NCBI GenBank assembly: GCA_964485195.1
Contig: CAZAIK010000001.1
Span: forward strand, 62,001 to 126,000
Origin: an uncultured Methanosarcinales archaeon
GTDB taxonomy: Archaea > Nanobdellota > Nanobdellia > Woesearchaeales > CAIVOO01
Reading direction: 5' to 3'
Length of the DNA: 64,000 nt
Shown here: positions 58,765 to 64,000 of the stretch, one piece after another
Layout of the letters: the number at the start of each line of letters is the position of its first letter
How positions within the stretch are numbered: the stretch's first letter is position 1
Notes under the pieces: generated by a model
The model's input: only the letters and a program-made list of their open reading frames with translations
Database searches by the model: none
What the model was told of the DNA's origin: nothing
Program-made: the position numbers and the translations under genes

Positions 58765-59526
58765 ATGATAAGGGAAGCGGCAGTTGCGGACGCGTTTTAT
58801 CCCGGAACAAGGGAGGAACTGCATTCCTTGCTGGATGACTTGTTCGCCTCTGCAAAAAAAGGGAAAGTGAAGAATGGCATGGTAGTGCCCCACGCCGGCT
58901 ATGTCTATTCAGGCAAGACCGCCGCTGTAGGCTACAAGGCGATGCTGGAACTGCTTAAGGAAAAGCCGGAAATCAGCAATGTGATAATCCTGGGGCCTTC
59001 CCACCAGGTTTATTTTGAGGGATTATTGATTGATGCCAATGAAGAGTGGGAAACCCCCCTGGGCAGGGTAAAGCTGAGAAAGATTCCTGAAATAAAGGAG
59101 GACTCCCAGGCGCACGCGCGCGAACATTCACTTGAAGTGCAAGTTCCCTTCATTCAGGTGGTTTCTGAAAAGCTGGGCAGGGAATTGACCATAACCCCAA
59201 TAGCTGTGGGGGACATCAATGATATGGAGGCAAAAAATTACGCTGAGGTGCTTTTGAAGCAGCAAAACTGCTTTTTCATCATAAGTTCTGACCTGAGCCA
59301 TTTTCTAAGTTTGGATTATGCTGAAAAAACCGATAAGGAAACAATAAGCAACATCCTGGATTTCAAAACCCAGAACCTTGAGGCCTGCGGGAAGATGCCC
59401 CTGATGATTGCGATAGAGATGGCCAAGATAAAAAAGTGGAAATTCAGGCTGCTTGATTACTCCACGAGCGCAGACGCCACAGGAGATGAGAGCGCGGTTG
59501 TTGGGTATGCTTGTATAGGCTTCTAG
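58765..59526 (+). CDS. amrB: MEMO1-family protein
   Basis: PHAGYVYSG, GPSH, EHSLEVQVPF, SSDLSH. Confidence 0.93.
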   Translation: MIREAAVADAFYPGTREELHSLLDDLFASAKKGKVKNGMVVPHAGYVYSGKTAAVGYKAMLELLKEKPEISNVIILGPSHQVYFEGLLIDANEEWETPLGRVKLRKIPEIKEDSQAHAREHSLEVQVPFIQVVSEKLGRELTITPIAVGDINDMEAKNYAEVLLKQQNCFFIISSDLSHFLSLDYAEKTDKETISNILDFKTQNLEACGKMPLMIAIEMAKIKKWKFRLLDYSTSADATGDESAVVGYACIGF

Positions 59527-59711
59527 TGTCATAAAAAATAAAATAATTTATGGCAAGCCTTAAATTGTTTTTTTGCTTTTTATTCTGTGCTTTTTTGCCA
59601 GGCTTGCATTAAACTGCTTTCAGCAGTTAATATTTTTTCTTGCACGGCACTAAAGTAGAAGAAGCAGGGAAAAATCAAGTTAATGCAAGAACATAAAAAT
59701 GACTTTTTAAT

Positions 59712-60416
59712 TTAAAAAATAAGCTTTTTTAACTCCTCGGTCTGCTCAATAGTGTAATCTGCTAATTCCTCTTCCCCGCCTTCGGGATGCACGTGCCCCC
59801 ACTTCACAAACACCAGTTTTGTGCCTTCTGCTTTCGTCCTCTCCAGGTCTGAGTACTTGTCTGCGATTGACCATTCAACATTGCCCTTTTGCCTCAATTC
59901 CTTTATGTCCTGCTCCTGGTTTTCCATTCCCAGGATTGGAGGCTGGCCGTAAAGGTAGTCAAAAAGTTCAGGATTCAGGCCGGCAATCTGGAGCATCCCT
60001 GAAATAATGTCTGTCCTAACACCAGAAACAGTTGCCAACTTATAGCCTGATTTTTTAATTCTCTGAAGCTGCTCAACAAATCCTTTTGGAAAGATATCCT
60101 TTCCATATTTTTTTGCAGTCATATACATCCCTATCTGAAACAAATTGGTTGATATCTGGTTTTGGAACTGTTCCCCTGTCAGCTCAATAAAGTCAAGGTC
60201 ATTTTCCCTGTATCTCAGCTTGAAGTCTGCTTTTAACCCAGTCAGTTTCTCAACAAATGCCCTGTTAACCTTGTACAGTTTTTCAGGATCGCCGTGCTCC
60301 TCCCTTGAGGGCAGAGCCTTTTCCAGAATATCCGACCTTAGCTTATTAGCCTCTTCAATGATTTCCGCCTTCACTAGCGTTCCTGCAAAGTCCACAAGAA
60401 CAATTTTGTCTGCCAT
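59712..60416 (-). CDS. HAD-superfamily hydrolase (degenerate motif I)
   Basis: LVDFAGTL, ATVSG, IADKYSD. Confidence 0.7.
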   Translation of the reverse strand: MADKIVLVDFAGTLVKAEIIEEANKLRSDILEKALPSREEHGDPEKLYKVNRAFVEKLTGLKADFKLRYRENDLDFIELTGEQFQNQISTNLFQIGMYMTAKKYGKDIFPKGFVEQLQRIKKSGYKLATVSGVRTDIISGMLQIAGLNPELFDYLYGQPPILGMENQEQDIKELRQKGNVEWSIADKYSDLERTKAEGTKLVFVKWGHVHPEGGEEELADYTIEQTEELKKLIF

Positions 60417-60465
60417 ATTAATAGTAATAATAGAAGATTTTTTAAGCTTTTTGTCCTATTATTAG

Positions 60466-60777
60466 ATGAAGATGAGCAAAATAGACTTTTTGGCATTGTT
60501 TCATCATATCCATCATGATGAGGATGGCCATGAGGTTCATCATTGCGGTAAGGCTCATAGTAAAACAAACCAAAAATTAGATTATGAAATAAAACATTGC
60601 TGTTGTGGCAAGCACTGCATAGACAAAAAAGAGGCGATGGGTCACGACCTCGAATTCAAAGATGTCCTGGTTGAATTTGCTGAAGAATGCCTAGAAGGTG
60701 GATGGCATATTGAAAGCGGAGAAATAAAAAATGATTCATCGCAGAGAAGATTTATTTCAGAGAATAAGAGACCATAA
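60466..60777 (+). CDS. His/Cys-rich small protein
   Basis: HHIHHDEDGHEVHHCG, HCCCGKHC. Confidence 0.55.
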   Translation: MKMSKIDFLALFHHIHHDEDGHEVHHCGKAHSKTNQKLDYEIKHCCCGKHCIDKKEAMGHDLEFKDVLVEFAEECLEGGWHIESGEIKNDSSQRRFISENKRP

Positions 60778-61573
60778 ATTTGGTGTTGAATGCGGTCTTG
60801 ATTATAAATTAAAAGTTAATTTGCTAGAAAATGCGGTAGACACTTCTATAAAAACAATTTGTGAAGCTATTGGAGCTAATCAAGAAGTACATTTAGGATA
60901 TTCTGGGGGTGTTGACTCCTCTTTGGTGCTTGTTAAATTACTCCATCATTTAGGAAGAGAAGTTCCCCTAGTTGCTCACACAATTGGCTCAAGAGACGAT
61001 CTTCCGGATATTGTTCATGCCCGAAGATTTATAGAAGCTCTAAAAAATGAACATTCAAATCTAAGTCATATGGTTAAGATAATGCAGCCTTCTGAACACG
61101 ACATCGAGAAATCAAATGAAATTTTAGGAGTTAAGAAAAACAGGCCTGATACTTATTTTATGCTAATGAAAGCAGTAATGCCACATACGAGAAAACTAGT
61201 TTGCTGTGATTGTATTGACGAATTAGCAGGAGGTTATTATGCACACAGAGATCCGCAGAAATTGCCGGTTTATGATTCTGAAGAAAGTGTGGATGAGAAC
61301 AGAGCGGGAGCATTGAGATTCTTCATATCTAAATTAGTAGAAAACCATCTTAGACCATTAGATGCTTTTAGTTCTGCTTTTGGTGTTGAAATATTCCTGC
61401 CTTATGGCACCAAGGGAGTTATGGATTGTGCTACTATATTTACAGTTGGTGAACTTGTTGATGATAATGAAAGAAAAAAGCCCATTTATGTGCTTGCAAA
61501 GAAAAATGGTGTTAGCAAGGAAATTCTGGAAAGACGAAAATACGGGTTGGTTAATGCATTTGAACAACCATAA
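60731..61573 (+). CDS. asparagine-synthase C-terminal-like ATP pyrophosphatase
   Basis: GYSGGVDSS PP-loop, DELAGGY, ILERRKYG; no glutaminase domain. Confidence 0.75.
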   Translation: MIHRREDLFQRIRDHKFGVECGLDYKLKVNLLENAVDTSIKTICEAIGANQEVHLGYSGGVDSSLVLVKLLHHLGREVPLVAHTIGSRDDLPDIVHARRFIEALKNEHSNLSHMVKIMQPSEHDIEKSNEILGVKKNRPDTYFMLMKAVMPHTRKLVCCDCIDELAGGYYAHRDPQKLPVYDSEESVDENRAGALRFFISKLVENHLRPLDAFSSAFGVEIFLPYGTKGVMDCATIFTVGELVDDNERKKPIYVLAKKNGVSKEILERRKYGLVNAFEQP

Positions 61574-61610
61574 AACCAAAACATTTAAAAATAAACCATA
61601 GTTAATTTTT

Positions 61611-61982
61611 TTGAAAATGCAGGAAATACTGTTTCACCAGGAAGTTGAAGTCTGGTATCTTTTGCCCGCCATAAGGCGCGAGATAGCCAATTTCATGAAG
61701 AAGAATGGATTAAAGCAGAAGGAAATCGCCAGGAAGCTGCACATGACAGAGGCGGCTGTTTCAAATTATATGAAGCACAAGAGAGCCTCTGAAGTGAAGT
61801 TTGACCCGGATTTCAGGAAAGATATAGAAAAGGCAGCTGAAAACATCAGCAAGAACAAGGACTTTGTAAATGAGATAGAGGTTTTGTGCAGGACTTTCAG
61901 GTCACAAAAAAAATTGTGCAAACTGCACAGGAAGTTTTCAAAAATACCTTTGAGGTGCTCAGCATGCGGACAGTTTATCTAG
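61611..61982 (+). CDS. HTH regulator with Cys-rich C-terminus (COG2522-like)
   Basis: LPAIRREIA, QKEIARKL..TEAAVSNY..KR, C..H..CSAC. Confidence 0.8.
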   Translation: MKMQEILFHQEVEVWYLLPAIRREIANFMKKNGLKQKEIARKLHMTEAAVSNYMKHKRASEVKFDPDFRKDIEKAAENISKNKDFVNEIEVLCRTFRSQKKLCKLHRKFSKIPLRCSACGQFI

Positions 61983-63124
61983 ACAATGCGGCAACAACAC
62001 CTGTTGACAGGAAAGTGCTAGACGCTATGCTTCCTTATTTCTCTGAAAAATACGGCAATCCAAACAGCATGCACCAGAAAGGCCTGGAAGCAAGGGAAGC
62101 TGTAGACAATGCAAGGCAAAAGGTTGCCGAACTTTTGGGAGCTGACGAGAAGGAAATCTTTTTCACGAGCGGAGGCACAGAGTCTGACAACCTTGCATTG
62201 ATGGGTGTTGCGAAGGCATACAAGGAGAAGGGAAATCACATAATCACGACAAACACGGAGCACCACGCTGTTCTTGATACCTGCAAATACCTGGAAGATG
62301 CGGAGGGATTCAAGGTCACATACGTTGAAGTGCAGGAAAACGGGATAGTGAATCCTGAGGATATTGAAAAAGCAGTCACCAAAGATACCATATTAATCTC
62401 TGTTATGTACGCCAACAATGAGATAGGGACCATCCAGCCTATAAAGGAAATTGCAGAAATAGCCGAAAAGCACAATGTATTGTTCCATACCGATGCCTGC
62501 CAGGCAGCGGGCTATCTCAACGTCAATGTTGAGGATTTAGGGATTGACTTGATGACATTGAACGGAAGCAAGATTTACGGCCCGAAGGGAATAGGAATGC
62601 TCTATGCCAAAAAAGGAGTGATAGTAAAGCCCCTAATCCACGGGGGAGGGCAGGAGAGAGGCGTAAGGAGCGGGACAGAGAACGTGCCCGGAATTGTGGG
62701 GTTTGCAAAGGCGCTGGAAATTGCGCAAAAGGAAAGAGAAAGAGAATCAAAAAAAGTGGCAAAGCTAAGGGACAAGCTGCTTGAAGGAATTAAAAAAAAG
62801 ATTCCCCACATCAGCATAAACGGGGACATGGAAAAGAAGCTTCCCAACAACCTCAACGTGTCATTTTTGGGAGTTGAAGGGGAAGCAATGCTTTTGCACC
62901 TTGACAAGGAAGGGATCTGCGCCTCAACAGGAAGCGCCTGCTCTTCCCATTCATTGGAGCCTTCCCACGTTATAAAAGCTTTGGGATTGAGTGATGAGGC
63001 TTCTCACGGTTCATTAAGATTTTCACTGGGGAAGCACACAACAGAGGAAGACATTGAAAAGGTTTTGAAGGAACTGCCAAAGATTGTTGAAAGCCTGAGA
63101 AAAATATCGCCCATAGCACCATGA
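61964..63124 (+). CDS. iscS: cysteine desulfurase
   Basis: YLDNAATT, HTDACQA, KIYGPKG, STGSACSS; GAGGTG SD before ATG 61964. Confidence 0.96.
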   Translation: MRTVYLDNAATTPVDRKVLDAMLPYFSEKYGNPNSMHQKGLEAREAVDNARQKVAELLGADEKEIFFTSGGTESDNLALMGVAKAYKEKGNHIITTNTEHHAVLDTCKYLEDAEGFKVTYVEVQENGIVNPEDIEKAVTKDTILISVMYANNEIGTIQPIKEIAEIAEKHNVLFHTDACQAAGYLNVNVEDLGIDLMTLNGSKIYGPKGIGMLYAKKGVIVKPLIHGGGQERGVRSGTENVPGIVGFAKALEIAQKERERESKKVAKLRDKLLEGIKKKIPHISINGDMEKKLPNNLNVSFLGVEGEAMLLHLDKEGICASTGSACSSHSLEPSHVIKALGLSDEASHGSLRFSLGKHTTEEDIEKVLKELPKIVESLRKISPIAP

Positions 63125-64000
63125 GCAACAAATGGTTTTATTCGGAAGAGGTAAAGGAGCATTTCTTTAATCCCAAGAACATTATCAAGTCCAAGGAAGA
63201 GGCTGAAAAATTCAATGCAGACGGCGTCGGAATAGTTGGAAATCCTAAATGTCTATTGCCCTATGAAAGAATACACACAGATGAGAGAATTATTGAAATA
63301 TCAAAATTGAAAAAAAGGCAAAAAGTACTTACTCATACAGGAGAGTACAGTAAAATATCAAAAATACTGGAAAGAGATTATAAGGGCAAGGCAATAAAAT
63401 TCAAAAATAAACTTGGAAATTTAACACTAACCCCAGATCATCTAGTGTATGGAATTAGTGTTCCAAAAGGAAACAAATCCTACAGGAATAAGCACAAAAA
63501 AACACTGATTCCTTCATGGTACCATGCAGAACACTTAAAAAAGAATGATCTGCTTCTTTACCCAATATACAAAACAAAAAAAGATAAAAAATTTATCAAA
63601 ATAGAAATACTAAAATCAAAGTGGGATTTCAAAAGCAAAGAAGTTCCCAATAAAATTCCAGTTAATTCAAAATTTCTGAGATTGCTAGGTTATTTTTTAT
63701 CAGAAGGCAATGTTCAAGATAAGCCATCAAAAGCATATATCTCCTTCTCATTGAACATAAATGAAAAAGAGATTGTGGAAGACATAAAAAAGATATCCGA
63801 AAGTCTTTTTAATCTTGAAATAAAAATTACAGAATACCCTAAAAATAACTGTTCGGTGGTGCACATATACAATGCAAAACTTGCGAGGTTCTTTTTGGAG
63901 TTATGTGGGAACGGAGCGGCAAATAAAAAAATTCCTTCTTTTGTGATGGATCTTCCAATCAAAAAACAGGAAGCCTTGTTATTTGGACTTTGGAAAGGCC
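63121..64000 (+). CDS. iscU: Fe-S scaffold IscU/NifU, intein-containing, truncated by window end
   Basis: YSEEVKEHFFNPKN...DGVGIVGNPK|C; frame open to window end. Confidence 0.9.
   Translation, partial: MSNKWFYSEEVKEHFFNPKNIIKSKEEAEKFNADGVGIVGNPKCLLPYERIHTDERIIEISKLKKRQKVLTHTGEYSKISKILERDYKGKAIKFKNKLGNLTLTPDHLVYGISVPKGNKSYRNKHKKTLIPSWYHAEHLKKNDLLLYPIYKTKKDKKFIKIEILKSKWDFKSKEVPNKIPVNSKFLRLLGYFLSEGNVQDKPSKAYISFSLNINEKEIVEDIKKISESLFNLEIKITEYPKNNCSVVHIYNAKLARFFLELCGNGAANKKIPSFVMDLPIKKQEALLFGLWKG
63250..64000 (+). mobile_element. intein with LAGLIDADG homing endonuclease (partial)
   Basis: Block A CLLPYERI, block B LTLTPDHLVY, LLGYFLSEG and LLFGLWKG endonuclease motifs; abrupt AT shift. Confidence 0.9.

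Overview
Archaeal chromosome segment with compact DPANN-like organisation (most consistent with Woesearchaeota; inferred from gene content, not tested). It is mostly housekeeping: rtcB and archease, cdc48, deoxyhypusine synthase and pdaD, gatD/gatE, gatC/A/B, oapABC-like cluster, ychF, adk, truD, herA, mre11, pyrE/F, RNase J, PCNA, a NifX/DUF134/permease cluster, AmmeMemoRadiSam trio, and iscS/iscU. Single orphan or AT-rich genes are wedged between these. There are seven tRNA genes; six carry introns (12 in total, many in D- or T-loops, some sharing sequence modules). The main signals the ORF track misses are: (1) a three-copy family of intergenic rod-like palindromes with a covarying core, which is flipped relative to its flanks in one copy and hosts a nested insert there; (2) a two-micropeptide operon (19 aa poly-Lys plus 31 aa poly-acidic); (3) a LAGLIDADG intein at the first cluster-ligating Cys of IscU; (4) a 99-bp duplication of the tRNA-Leu 3' end enclosing a 78-bp insert; and (5) a thioredoxin-CcdA gene broken by two +1 C-tract frameshifts. 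No CRISPR array, rRNA, integrase or transposase was recognised. There is one 100-N scaffold gap (41823-41922).
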